A stretch of DNA of 64,000 nt from the NCBI GenBank assembly GCA_028534125.1, contig CM052817.1, forward strand, positions 91,328,001 to 91,392,000, written 5' to 3'. Below, piece after piece: positions 12,566 through 25,659 of this stretch. How positions within the stretch are numbered: the first letter of the stretch is position 1; the number at the start of each line of letters is the position of its first letter. A program made the translations under genes and the position numbers. This DNA comes from Lama glama (lineage: Eukaryota). A model generated the notes under the pieces. The model searched no databases and had not been told where the DNA came from. It saw only the letters and a program-made list of their open reading frames with translations.

Positions 12566-13846
12566 CTAAAAAAGGGAAGAATTTGAAAAGTTATTAAAAC
12601 TACACAAGGAGGATATAAAACAACCTATTTTGCAATCTAATTTTTAACATTTTTGTAAACTAAGAAAAAGAAGATAGGCCTATACAGCCCTGTGTCAAAA
12701 GAGGGCACTAATGAGCATTCTGCTTAGAACTGTCAAGTTCTTGAACAATTTGAAATAAGATTACAATCTGAAATAATGTTCTGTTGCACATGAATGACCT
12801 TATTATATTTATATTCTAAGACATAAGATGTTGTAACTTTCTCTCTTGATGAAGATATACTGTTATTCCTGAAATATTTTGGTAAAAATTCCTGACATAT
12901 AAACAATTTTTTATGCACTGAAAACATTAAATGTGCTGGACAGTGACAACTTCTAAAATCATTCGTCTCTAACAAATTAGAGGATTTACTGGTTTGTAAA
13001 TATTTCATTCTTCTTTGGCTCATTTGGTTTGTTTATTGGAATAATTAATTAGAATTATCTTTTGGTTATGGTAGCAATCATTTTGTGTTCACATTTTGAA
13101 TATTCTATAAGGTCTGTAAAACAGATTAATTTGAGTTATACTTTCAAAAACAGTAGTTTGAAAATAAGGTAGTAAAATGACTTAGAATGCCTTTAATATT
13201 ACTTTATCACTCTTTCCTCAATTTTTTTGCCATTGGTTCAAAATGCAATGTAGCAAGTGATTTCAGTAAACATAATTCAAGCTTTTCCCCCAGTAGAGAT
13301 GAGTGTCATTATGTACATCATCTAGATTTATGCATTAGATTATTTCTAGAAAGTTACATTTTATTTGATTTTGTGTATGTTAAATATTTCATAGAGAAAT
13401 TAGAGATTTATTTCTAATAGGACTTTTTAATACAAAAACTAAAGAATGTAGAAGATGTAAGCATATTTAAAGAGAAAAGAATATACATTTCTAATTAATC
13501 ATTCCATTAATACTGTGTCCTATATTAAGTTTGAACACTGGTACCATATAGACATAGAAATAAAATAATACAGAATTTTCATAAACTGGTATAATAAAAA
13601 GAAATACCTGGAGAAAAGAGCAGAAATTTCACCTCACTACCTAAGACGCATCAGTACTACTAGTCTCTTTTTGATCTTATCAACAGAAAATGGGATAAGA
13701 TGTATTTGGATCTTAAGAATGAAAATTAAGAAAAATCCACAATCCCATCACACTAAAGCTCACTATTATCATATTAGGAAACAACTATTTTCAATTCCTG
13801 TTTTCTAATCATATAGATAATAATAGCAGAAATAAATTTTACTTAC

Positions 13847-13931
13847 AGTTTGAATGTTAAGTAGTCTAAGCATCTTTCACTATTTTCACAACTTGGCAAG
13901 AGCTAAAATATAGACCAGCAGTTCTCTGGAA
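13847..13931 (-). other. ELF2: ELF2 non-coding exon 2 (85 nt, or 88 nt with the upstream AG)
   Basis: Acceptor ctttttccccccactagtag|TTCCAG and consensus donor ACT|gtaagt at 13847/13846. Non-repeat sequence 1.28 kb upstream of exon 3. Confidence 0.8.
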
Positions 13932-14329
13932 CTACTAGTGGGGGGAAAAAGATAGTATTAATATAATTCTATTAAAAAATATTTTGCCCAAAGTAGGTGT
14001 GATTCAGACAGTATACACTTATTACAACAAACCATCTCCAAAGCTTGATGGCACACATTATGTAATGAACATATAAATTATTCCTAGGCTATTGAGGAAT
14101 CAGCAGCTTTTTTCAAACTTGAAATTTTAAGTCACTACTAAATAACAATTACTGAGTAAGGACAGAGCCCAAGACATATAGCCCCTGCCCCATATTATGG
14201 GTTATATTTCAATCAACCAACAGGATTTTAACAAGTGGCTGCAGGCATAACCCCAGAACCCCAGGAGTATAAAATCAAGTTTAAAAAGACTAACCCAAAC
14301 AACTATTATAAAACAATATTAATGATATA

Positions 14330-15700
14330 TTATTGCCTGTTAACTCTCCTGCTACTCAACTTTCTGCTCTCTCACCCTCCAAACTTGGCATCCATATACA
14401 TCCAGACCTCCTAAGCCTCTTCAAATAGCCCTCCACCTTTCTAAAGCTAATCTATTGACCTATGCACTGCATCTAAAGTCTTGTTCCATCAATTATTCCC
14501 TCTTTTCCCTTAATTCTCTTACTTAACATTGAGTCTTTTCTTTCAACATCTAAACATTTACAGATTCTCTCATCTTAAACATGACTCCTCCATGACCCTG
14601 CATACATACCCCTTCAGCTACTGCTCTAGTTCCTTCCTTTCTTGGGTAAGACTCTACAAAAAAAATCTTTCATATCCTGTCTCCACTTCCTAATTTCTCA
14701 GGTACTCCTTCTATGGAAGTTAGGCACCCATCACCACCAACTGAAATTTTTACTAAATTCTGCTTATGAAATCCAATGGATACATTTCTGTCTTCATAGG
14801 ATTTAACATCTCTGAAGCATTTGACAGCGCTGATCACTCCCTCCTTGAAACTCTATCTTAAGTTTATCTTCTCCCTCGCTAGCTACTCCTTTTCAATTCC
14901 CTCTTGGAGGCCCACTCCTAATTTTCAAGGAACTTGAAGAGTACAAATGTAAGCCCATATACTGTATGTCTAAATAGTTTAAAATTATAAACCAACCTAA
15001 CAAAGCAGTAAATTATTATTCTATCCTCCTATCTTGACATATACAGTTTTATAACAACCTAAAAGGCAAAGTTCTGATTTGGAATTCTAAGACTGAAGCT
15101 CTACAGGGGCACATGGGCGGACCATACCACCACCCCACCCTGCCCCTTTTTCTTGTCCCACCTTTAGCTCCAATCCATACTACAAGGAACCTCACATACA
15201 TCCATGTGGACATCCCAGACAACATGTCCAAGCTCTGGCCGTAGGACTGCAAACAGCTGCCACTTGGCTATCCTCTAGGCCTATGAAAGCCCATACACAT
15301 GCTACAGTCAAGAGAGGAGAGAATCAAAGAGTAGACCTGTGAAAAGCCACGTGGACAGGGAATTCTGGGATTCAAACACTCATAACTCGATCTAGAAATG
15401 GGTACCAGATGGACTAGTTCCCTTAGCGCCTCAAAATCCTTATCCTATCAGGAGGGCTATGGTTAGAGGAAGGCTAAACGAGGACCTATAAAGCACAAGG
15501 CCCAGAGAAAAGTTCTCGCTTGGGTAAGTCTAAGGACAGTGCTACTCTCTGGTCAACTCTTACATGTGGGTGTTTCCAGGATCCCATCCCTAGTCCTCAT
15601 CTGACTGTTTACACTCTTCTAAGCTTTCTCATGTATTGCCATGGCTTTCCTCAAATCTCTCTTTCAGTCTAATTTATGGGCTCCAGTTTGTCTACTAGAC
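14330..15700 (+). mobile_element. L2 fragment with a nested hAT-Tip100-like DNA transposon (~14909-15544)
   Basis: L2 motif gcatttgacagcgctgatcactccctccttgaaactct. The nested element carries gagtacaaatg...atgtctaaatagtttaaaattataaacc...ttctatcctcctatcttgaca. Subfamily not certain. Confidence 0.6.
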
Positions 15701-15794
15701 CCTTTCTTGCCTCTACTTCCTTGTGAAACTAAATAGAGTATAAATAAGTAATAAGCATCTATTCCAGGACATCCCAGGGACTACATTAATTAAA

Positions 15795-16700
15795 TCAGTC
15801 ATTTCACAAATATTAACTGAGCACCTTTTACATACTAGTTTTCAGTTGCTAGAGATACAGTGGTGAATAAAGCAAAAGTCTTTGTTCTTGTGGATCTTAT
15901 ATTCCACTAGGGTGAGATGAAAATAAGCAAAATATGTATAGCACACATATAGATGGTGATGAAGGCTAAGGAGACGAACCAAAAGGAGAGAATATTCAGC
16001 AAGGAAGAGGGTTTCAATTTCAAACTGAGTAGTAAGAGAAAAATTCACTGAAAAAGTGACATATGAGTGGGAACCGGAAAAAAAGAATGAGTTGTGCCAA
16101 TGACTAGGGAAAGAGCCCTCCAGTCAAAGGAAAGAGAAAATTCAAGATCGTAAGAGGGAATACTCCTGACTAGTTCAAGGATCAGCAAGGAGGCCAATAT
16201 GGCTGGAGTGAAGTGAGCAAGAAGAAGAAAGATGATGACAGAGAGGTAAGAGGAGGGGATCATGTAGGCCCTCTGTGAGGACTTTTACCCCAGGGGAAAG
16301 GAGAGGTTTATGCAGAGAGATGACCTGATCATTATAAGGATCATTCAGATGTTGGATTGAGAATACACAAGGGGACAAGCACAGAAGCAGAGAGATCAGT
16401 TTGGAAGCTACTATAAAGATTAGGTGAGTGGGGAGGGTATCATTCAAGTGGTAGAGCGCATGCTTGGCATGCATGAGGTCCTGGGTTCAATCCTCAGTAC
16501 CTTCTCCAAAAATAAGTAAACCTCCCACCCCACCCCCCCCAAAAATTAAGTGATAGTGGCTAGTACTGAGTGGTAGGTTCTGCAGAGAGTGAATAGTGGT
16601 CAATTTTCGGGGAAAAAATTTTTAAGGTAAAATGGGCAAAATTTGATAGCAAACTGGATGTGGGGTGTGAATGAAAGAGTCAAGAATGAATCCAGAGAAA
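15795..16700 (-). mobile_element. L2a-like 3' portion
   Basis: cacaaatattaactgagcacc start; gttcaaggatcagcaaggaggccaatatggctggagt. Confidence 0.8.
16428..16543 (+). mobile_element. tRNA-derived SINE (Vic-1-like) inserted in L2
   Basis: A/B boxes, C-rich tail, imperfect TSD attaRgtga. Confidence 0.9.
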
Positions 16701-18359
16701 TCAGTCAGAGTATCCAGACTAGTCATTAAATGGGATCAATAAAAATGTGAGAGAAGGTCCAGTATGTCCCAAACTAAACTTTTTCTCTGTTATCTCCCCC
16801 AAAGTATGCTTCTATTATATTTAGCTCAGTAAACTACCCTATCACCCACACAAGTTGCCTAAAACAGACGCTAAAGTCATCTGCAACTCCTTCCTCCATC
16901 AACACCATCATACTCTTTTCTCTTGACCCTTTCTCTATAATCTCATATCCTCTGCCTTGCTTGAGGTCGTTATTACCATTTCTCTATATTATTGTTAAGA
17001 CCCTCAGAATTTGCCTATTTATCTCTAATCCTCCCTCCCTTCCATTCCATCTACAGCTGCATTATCAGGGTGATCCCAGATAGAATAATGTCAGGCCCCT
17101 CTCAAAATTCTTCAGTAGTTCATCATCAACTGCAAGATGAAATCTCAACCTCTTTGCAAGCACACTAATTTTAGGAGGAACAAGCAAGGCGTCTAGGTCT
17201 ATTTTTCAGAAGTTATAAAATGTTCGTTCTGATATGCTCAGGTATGGAAGTCACAAATCAAATCCACACTCACTTGTCTGGCCCATTTTCCCTTATTCCC
17301 TCCATCTAAGTTTATACCACAGTTGTTTACAATTGTCTAAATTTCTCTCTCTCTTTTCTTGATTTCCTTACCCTGTTTGCCCATTTGGCCAATCCCTAGC
17401 TGTTTCACAGGTCTCAACTCTAAAGCAACCTAATCTCCAATGTCATTTTCTATAATTCTCTTCCCCTAATCCACACTATACACCTTTGTTTCCAGCAAAT
17501 CATTCACTTGCCACCTCCTATCAACCATATCATGGCCAATATCTATGCCTTTCTTTCAGTGCTCTCTAAACTCTTGCTTCTCTTTACCATCTTAATCTTA
17601 ATTCCTGCTGCTTTCCCAATGCACCAAATTATAAATATCTGTGTGCCCAGTTTCTAAAAATCCGTGGTTTATACCACTGAAAACAGTGCCCTTCATACAG
17701 GATACACAGTAAAGATGTGATGAACACAAGAATAAACAAACATGTTCCAATCAGACAAATATTATCACTGTTCACTACAAAGACCATGCTCATTCCCATG
17801 CCAATTCCTTTGCTGGTTCCCTTCTCTCACTAGGAATGCCCTCTTTCTTGGTTTTCAAATTCCACTTGTCCCTCATGGACAACTTTTTCCCTATAATAAC
17901 ATCACCTCTTTCCTCTTTCTTACTATACCAGGTCTTTCAATAAGATTTATTTAGCACTTACTACATACCAAATACAGCACTATGCCAGGAACACAAAAAT
18001 GAAGTGAAGACTCAGCCTTCAAACAGCTTAAAGTCTCCTTCAAACAGAAGGAGAAACATACAGAAACAATTACAATAATATAAATGCCATAAAGGAAACT
18101 ACAGAGTACAGTGGAAATATTTTAAAAAGGAACACCTAAGTCAGCCCTGGGGAGTGGGTATGTTCTAGAAAGACTTCAGAAAGGAAACACCATTTGGTCT
18201 AAGACTAGAATAAGGGGTAAAAATTGGTATAACAATAAGAGAAGCAACTAAAATAAGACGACTGGAAAAAAAAACCTCTGAGAAATGATAGCAAACCTAA
18301 GTATCACTCAGAAGTAAATTCAGCTCAGATTATAATTTAGTTGCCTAGAATACAGATCA

Positions 18360-21300
18360 TACTGTCATTAAAAAAGTTTATGTGCATGATTTTATTTGTA
18401 CAAAGTACAAAAACAAGGAAAACCCCATCTATGATATTAGAAATAAGATACTATATCACAAAAGGCTACTTATAACTAACATATAAGCGATGCTTGAAAT
18501 AGAGAAGAACAAATCCAAGAGAAAAATATGAAAAATACACAAACACACAATTCACAAGAACAGATATAAAAATAGCCCTTAAACATATGAAAAGATGTTC
18601 AAATTTACTCATAGAAAAATGCAAATTTTAAAAAACAGATTCCTTTCCTCAGACTGGTGAAAATTAAAATACATAACATTATATTCTGTTGGTAAAACAT
18701 CTATACATTGATGGTGGGAATGCAAACTGATACAACACTTTGAGAGGGGAACTTGGCAGTATCTAACAAAACTACATCTGTAGCTACCTTTTTAAAAACA
18801 GCTTTACTGAGATATAACTCACATATAATACAGTTCACCAACTTAAAGCATATAATTCAACGGTTTTTAGTATATTAATGAAGTCATGCAAACATCATCA
18901 CAATCTAATTTTAGAACATTTTTAGCACCCTCTCCCCCTCAAAAAAACTCATGGCCATTAGCAATCACTCCCCATCCTTCCCCAACCCTTAGTCCTTGGT
19001 AACCACTCATCTACTTTCTATCTCTAGAGATTTGCTTGTTCTGGCCATTTCATATAAAGAGAATTTTATAACATATAGTCTTTTGTGACTGGCTTCTTTC
19101 ACTTAGTACGTTTTCAATATTGATCTATGTGTAACATGTATTAGTATTTCAATTCTTTTTAATGCTGTATAATATTCCATTGCATAGATATAATACATTT
19201 TACTTATCTGTTCATCAGCTGATGCAAATTTGAGTTGTTTCCACTTTTTCACTATTATAAATAATTTTGGTATAAAAATTCATGTAAAAGTTTTCGTGTG
19301 AACGTATGTTTTCTTTTTCTCTTAGGTATATACCTAGGAGTGGAATTCCTGGAACATATAGTAATTCTATGCTTAAGATTTTGAGAAAATGCCTAACTAC
19401 ATCATCTTACATTCTCATCAGCAGTGTACAAAGGTTCTAATTTCTCCACATCCTCATCAACACATGTTGTAGGTAATCTGTTATGCAGCAATAGATAATT
19501 AATACATCATCTTGGTAGATGCAATAAAAATCACTTGGTAAATTTTATAATTAAAATAAAAAAGCAGCCAAGACAAGCAGTGGCAAAATATTTAGAACTT
19601 TCTCCTTGATGCTGGGAAAAGAACATATACATCTACAATTACCACTTCAATTCAAAACCACACTGGCAATCCTGACCAGTAGAGCTTGATGAGGAAAAAT
19701 TAAAAGGCATAAGAAATGGAAAGGACAAAATGAATCATTGTTTGTAGATGACAAGACTCTCTACACAGAAAATCCAAAAGAATCTTCAGATATTAGAAGA
19801 GTGTGAGATGTGTGGATATAGGTCAATATATAAAAATCAACTGTTTTTCTATATATCAACAATGAACAGAAAATGTAATTTTTTAAAAACTGTATCATTT
19901 ACAATAACCACCAAAACTATAAGATACCTAAGACTTAATCTAACAAAAGACGTACAAAGACCTCTGTGAGGAAAATGAATAAATCTACTGAAAGAAATTA
20001 AAGAAGTCTTATATATATGAAGAGATACCATGTTCTTGGATAGGAAAACTCAATATCTTAAAGATGTCAATTTCTACCAAATTCATCTAACAAATTCAGT
20101 ATATTTCCAGTCAAAAATCCCAAAAGGGTTTTACAAAAAACTTGACAAAGGTAGTTAAGGGGGAAAAAAAAGTATGTAAAAGAACAAAGGGCAGAAGTTA
20201 GCCAAAACCCTCCTGAGAAGAACTGTCCTACCTAGTCTATGGTAATTAGACAATAATTAACAGTGTAGATATAACCCAATATATCAAAAAGACCCATGCA
20301 TACTTAATGTAGGAAGAGGAAGTGCTAAAATCAATGAAGGCAGGGAGGGCATAGTTCAGTGTTAAAGTGCATGCCTAGCAAGCATGAGGTCCTGGGTTCA
20401 ATCCCAGTATTTCTATATATGTATATATATATATATATATATAAAACCTAACTACCTCCCCACCACCCTGCAAAAAAAAAAAGACTATTAATATATGATG
20501 CTGGGACAAGTGATTATTGACACAAGACAAAAAATTAAATCACTACCTCTCACCATTCACAAAATGAATTACAGGTGTACTAAAGACCTAAATATATAAC
20601 TTTTTATCTTCATGAAATCACAGTTAAGGAAAAATTACTAAATAACACATGGAGAGCAAAAAACCAAAGATTTACTAAACTTGACTACACCAATTTTTTG
20701 GTTTAAAATTCTTAACAATAGAAACCAAAAACAAAACTGAAAAATAAAAGTCTGGGAAAAGTAATTCCCCTCCCTCCAAAGAAAAAAGGAATTCCTACTA
20801 ATTAGTAAGAAATATATATAACCAAAATTCTCATAAAGATCTTAAAATAAATTATATTAAGGTACACATGGGTAAATGTGATGTGAATTCTAGTTCTCAT
20901 GTTTTAGTTCTCATGTTGTGTGTATTTATCATATTATTAAAAATAAACAGCAGCCATGCTTGGAATAATTATTTAAGTGTATCATGAATCAAGGATTATA
21001 ATTCATCTAATTTCGTACAACTGGCGTCCAAAGAAAAAGGTTTAAAACTGATTTTATTAGCTTCCCACCTAAAGTATGAAATTCATTCACCTGAACTTGT
21101 TCTTTTTAAATGTCATATAAATTGAGTATTTACTAATCCTCTGACAAACTCTCTTTTTTTTTTTTTACAATTTTCCAGCAGGTTCTGTTAATTTTCTCTG
21201 ATTTAACTGCTTCTTAATACAACTACTAATTTGTAAGAAAACTGGAGTCACAGTTATCTTATTTGCTACTGCAGCAACTATGTCTAAACAACCTAACAGA

Positions 21301-21545
21301 TCAGAAAGAGGAAGGATGATTCTACTTACATGACATTCAAGAAAAGGTAAAACTACAGGGACAGAAAACAGATCAATGGGAAGCAGATGACCTCAAAGGG
21401 CACAAGGAACTTCTTGGAGTGATAGCAATATTTTACATCTTGATTGTGATGGTCATTGCATAATGATACCAATTTGTCTAACATGGAAATTTAAGGATGA
21501 ATTTCACTACATGTAAATTAAACTTCGTTAACCTTGACTTCAAAA
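18360..21545 (+). mobile_element. Cluster of old L1 fragments (+) with a nested L1MB-like 3' end (-) at ~18790-19465
   Basis: aaacatatgaaaagatgttc and accatgttcttggataggaaaactcaat motifs. The nested piece starts acagctttactgagatataactcacata. Confidence 0.8.
20339..20482 (+). mobile_element. tRNA-derived SINE (Vic-1-like) with internal (TA)n, inserted in L1
   Basis: B-box GGGTTCAATCCC, (TA)n spacer, AAACCTAACTACCTCCC tail, poly(A). Confidence 0.88.
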
Positions 21546-23581
21546 GGGGAAGACAATACTGCAAATGAGAATGTAATCTATTAAAGAGATATTCTTATTC
21601 AGTATTAACAGCATTATCATCATACTAAGAACTGTAGCTTGTAATCTAAACCTATATATAGTTCAATTCACAACTGGTTCCTGGCTGTGATATCAGATAT
21701 CAGAAAAATTCTCCCCCTAAAATACCTTATTATTCTTAGCCATTTCACTGATAAAAGTAAACCTTTTCAATGTGCAATTCAATTCCAGAAGTATTTCTAA
21801 TTTATATTTCACTGTCCTATTGAAATTATCAAACAAGTCTGACAAGAATTATATATGTCATTTCATAATGCTAATATAGTAGCAGTCTCAATAGTCTCAA
21901 CCATGTATTTTCTAGTTATTGAACCATTTTTATGCCTGTCCCATCATCCTTACAATAACCCTGTGAAATAGGTATAATTATCCCCTATTACATGAGGACT
22001 ATTTTAACAGTATGCTTTATAGCTAGTGTGACTAATAGTTAAGAGCTGGTGGCCATTGTATCCCGAGAATACAGTAGATGCTCAATAAATATTTGTTGAA
22101 TGGTGGCTTTACCTCTGACTATGTAATCTTGGACACTAACTTATCTCATTAAAAGTTAATATCCTCATCCATAATAAGATAGTAAAACAACTCTGCGAAG
22201 TAGGTGTGTTTAGTTCTTTTAATTCTTTATATAAAGTGCCTGGCACACTGTGAGTATTGAATGAATGTGACTTTGTTATTATCTCTTTGATAACATCAGT
22301 CAGTGCTGCATCATATTGCCAAAGCTTTATATAATAAAGCAGTAACAGAACAGATCTTAAAACCTAACTGCTCCTCATACAAAACTGAGATGTTTATTCT
22401 TATAATCTATTAAACGAAAAATCAGTACATTCTAAAGGGATAAAAAGTAAACTAATGAATTTTTTAAAGAAAGAAGAATTCCCTTGTGAAAATGGAACTA
22501 AGTGTAAGGAGTGTATATTTTAAAAATATTTGGGCCCGAAAGTCTGGGCTGGAAATAACTGAGCAGCAAGAGATCATGTCATAGGACTTACTTTAGGGCA
22601 AGGTGATTGATGCAGATATTTAAAATTGGATGCAACAAAAATTTACTGGCCAATAGACATTATATGAAAACTCTTTTAATATGGAAGAGATTTAGAGCTC
22701 CTTTTTTTTTTTTTAGAGCTCCTTTTATAGAAAAAGAAATAGGTTGAGGAGGCTAATAGGAAAGTCAGTAAAATGATTTGCCAACCATAAAAACAATTTT
22801 GCATTTCAAAGGTCCCTCACCTTGGATAATAATATCTTAAAATGCTCATTTACTCACGACCCTGGGTTAGAACACATAGACAAAGACACAGAATGACATA
22901 TAGATAAGAAGTCAACTTAGATAATTTGTGACTTCATCTAAGTTATGTTTAAGCTATTTTGATGCTTTCCTTGCTAGGCATGTTTTGGTGGGTTTCTTCA
23001 TCAACCAAAGAACTACAAATGGCCAGGTTCCCATTTGAGGCCTAGCCTAACAAATGTTGATTTGTTCAATTTATTTTACTATGGTGAAAATACATGAGGT
23101 TAGTATCATCTAAAAATACTCTGAATTATCAAACATTACAGTTAGTTAAAGAATTGATGAGCACAGAGAGAGCAAGACAAAATCAACCTGACTTGGCTGC
23201 CCACAGTTATCACTGGAGCTAAAAATGATATTGCTGCCTAGCTACACTCCTTTAATATTTTTATCTGCCTACTTTCTGTTGCCATTTCACATATGCTCAA
23301 ATTCCAGGGCAGTAATAAAAAGGGTCAGAATAAGAATATGGGGGAAGAGAGATCACATTAAGCATATCTTAGAATCCAACCTATCTTGAGGATGAAGATA
23401 AGCAACAAAGGTCTGATTATTAATTAATAATCCTAAACTTATATGAATATCCATTTCTAGACTTACTCCATGAACTATTAGTAAGAAATATTAAATGGTG
23501 GAAATAATTATTTAGCCATGTATATTCTGTGAATAAGCAAGTTTCCAAATCAATTAAGAACGAGACAAAACAATATGTACT

Positions 23582-23860
23582 AGTAAACAGAAACAGGCTC
23601 ACACAGAAAACAAACTTACAGTTACCAGAGAGGAAAAAGGACGGGAAAGGATAAATTGGGAGTTTGGGATTTGCAGATACTAACTCCTGTACATAAAATT
23701 GATAAACAACAAGTTTATACTGAATAGCACAGGGAACTGTATTCAATATCTTATAGTAGCCTATAAGGAAAAATATGAAAAGGAATATATGTATGTATAC
23801 ATATGACAGAAACATTATGCTGTACACCAGAATTTGACAAATTGACTATACTTCAAAAAA
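23582..23860 (+). mobile_element. Artiodactyl-type L1 3'UTR fragment followed by (TA)n
   Basis: ggataaattgggagtttgggatttgcagatac...gataaacaacaag...atagcacagggaact. Confidence 0.85.
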
Positions 23861-24414
23861 TATATATATATATGTATGTATACTATGAGGTTTCGTTAAG
23901 GAAAAAGTGACACTCAAAATCAAGCCTTATGCTCTGACCATTGCTAAAATGTTTGAAAAGTCTCAACTCTGGTCACAATAGCTTCCTGTACAACTAAAAA
24001 GAGATACATAACAGACTTGTTTCAACCAGCTTGAGGTAGTCAAGCAACTCCTTTATAGGAGGCTGAAGCTAGAGGTGATCAGGATATATGGTAGATCCCC
24101 AGTCATCAAAAAAAGAAAAACTAAAATCTATTTAAGTTTTATTTAACAAAGCAAACTGGAAGAACTTTTCTTTCTGGAGATAAAAATTACCAGCCCAGCA
24201 ATTGCCATCCTAAAGACCCTAGTACAGAAAAGTTCTAAAACCTTCATCAACTTCTTCACTTTTGTAACTTAAAAACAAGCAAAGAACTGCCTTTCACAAG
24301 AATCTTTTTAATATTCTGGTTTGACAGGAATATGAATCCGTTAAAGTGAATTTATCCCAGAAGAAAGTCAATAACTAGCTTAGTTTATTTTTCCTTCTTC
24401 TTTCAAACAATGAA

Positions 24415-24655
24415 GGGTAACAGTAGCTATCATTTATACAGCACTTATTCTGTGCCAGGCATCATTCTAAACTCACTATATACATTAATCTATTTAATGT
24501 TCACAGTCCTACAAAACAGGTATTATCCCCATCTTACATCTGGGGAAACTGAGGCACGGAGAAATTTAAGTAACTTGCCCAAGGTCAAACAACAGGCAAA
24601 TGACAGAATCAGAATTTGAACCTAAGCAGACTGACTCCAGAGCCTACGCTCTTAA
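24415..24655 (-). mobile_element. MIR, near full length
   Basis: Core attatccccatcttacatctggggaaactgaggcacggaga...aagtaacttgcccaaggtca. Confidence 0.9.
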
Positions 24656-25508
24656 AGTTTTTTCTGCCTCATGATCATACAAGTGTTTTCAAAATTAAAA
24701 CTGAAAAAATCATACAGAACCTCTCCCACTCCACCCTGGGAGATTTTTCTACCTATTTCCTTATTGGCTCATCACATGGCTGATAAGCAGGCTTAAAATA
24801 TACTAAATGGGAAATACACATATCTTATCTACATAAGTATACATATCTTTTCCCTTTCCCAAAGAAAAAGAGGGTGGCAAGAGGAGGGAATGAATTTTTT
24901 AACTCACAAATTCTCTCACATAAGTTCTGTAGGCCTTACGGAGAAAGGGACAGTATCAGAAATTCTTTTTCCTGTGCTCTCTTTAGGGTTGAGCTTGTTT
25001 GTTTTTCAGAAATGTTGGCCTGCACTTTTGTATTAGCAAGAAACAGAGATTCTCAGATATAAGCTTTATATCCTAATTAAAATTTACCTATATTTTAAGT
25101 AAAAGAACTACCTGGCACCAAAATATAAACGTTTTCATAGTGCTAAATAAAAAGGCCCGTGCAGAAGCAACTAAGAAAAAGTGCACCCAGGCCCTCACTT
25201 TGAGACCTAAACTATTTACAAGATTATCTCCCTTTACCTAACTAAGCCAAGGTTTACAGCTTGTTCCATAGGTCTTGGAAGATGGACGCTTACAGGCCTA
25301 TAGAATGTACAACAAATGGATGAATGAATAAATGAAAGCCTATTTTTATTTGAAGGACTAAAATCATCTTATTCTATTCCATTCTTTATAAAGCTAAAAA
25401 CATTTTTAGAAAATCCTACAGGTATTTACTCACACTCAGAAATTATTAAAGAATAAAATTATATACTGAGCTGTAAATTAACTCTTTAGTCAAGAATAAA
25501 GGTCACTG

Positions 25509-25601
25509 GTGGGGAGGGAAATAGCTCATCAGGAGAGCACATGCTTAGCGTGCACGAGGTCCTGGGTTCAATCCCTAGTACCTCCATTTAAAAAAAAAAA
25601 A
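25509..25601 (+). mobile_element. tRNA-derived SINE, short form
   Basis: A/B boxes, poly(A), perfect 17-bp TSD aagaataaaggtcactg at 25492-25508 and 25602-25618. Confidence 0.93.
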
Positions 25602-25659
25602 AAGAATAAAGGTCACTGCAGTACTTTTTCAGTGTTTCCCCACCACACTTAGAAAAAAA

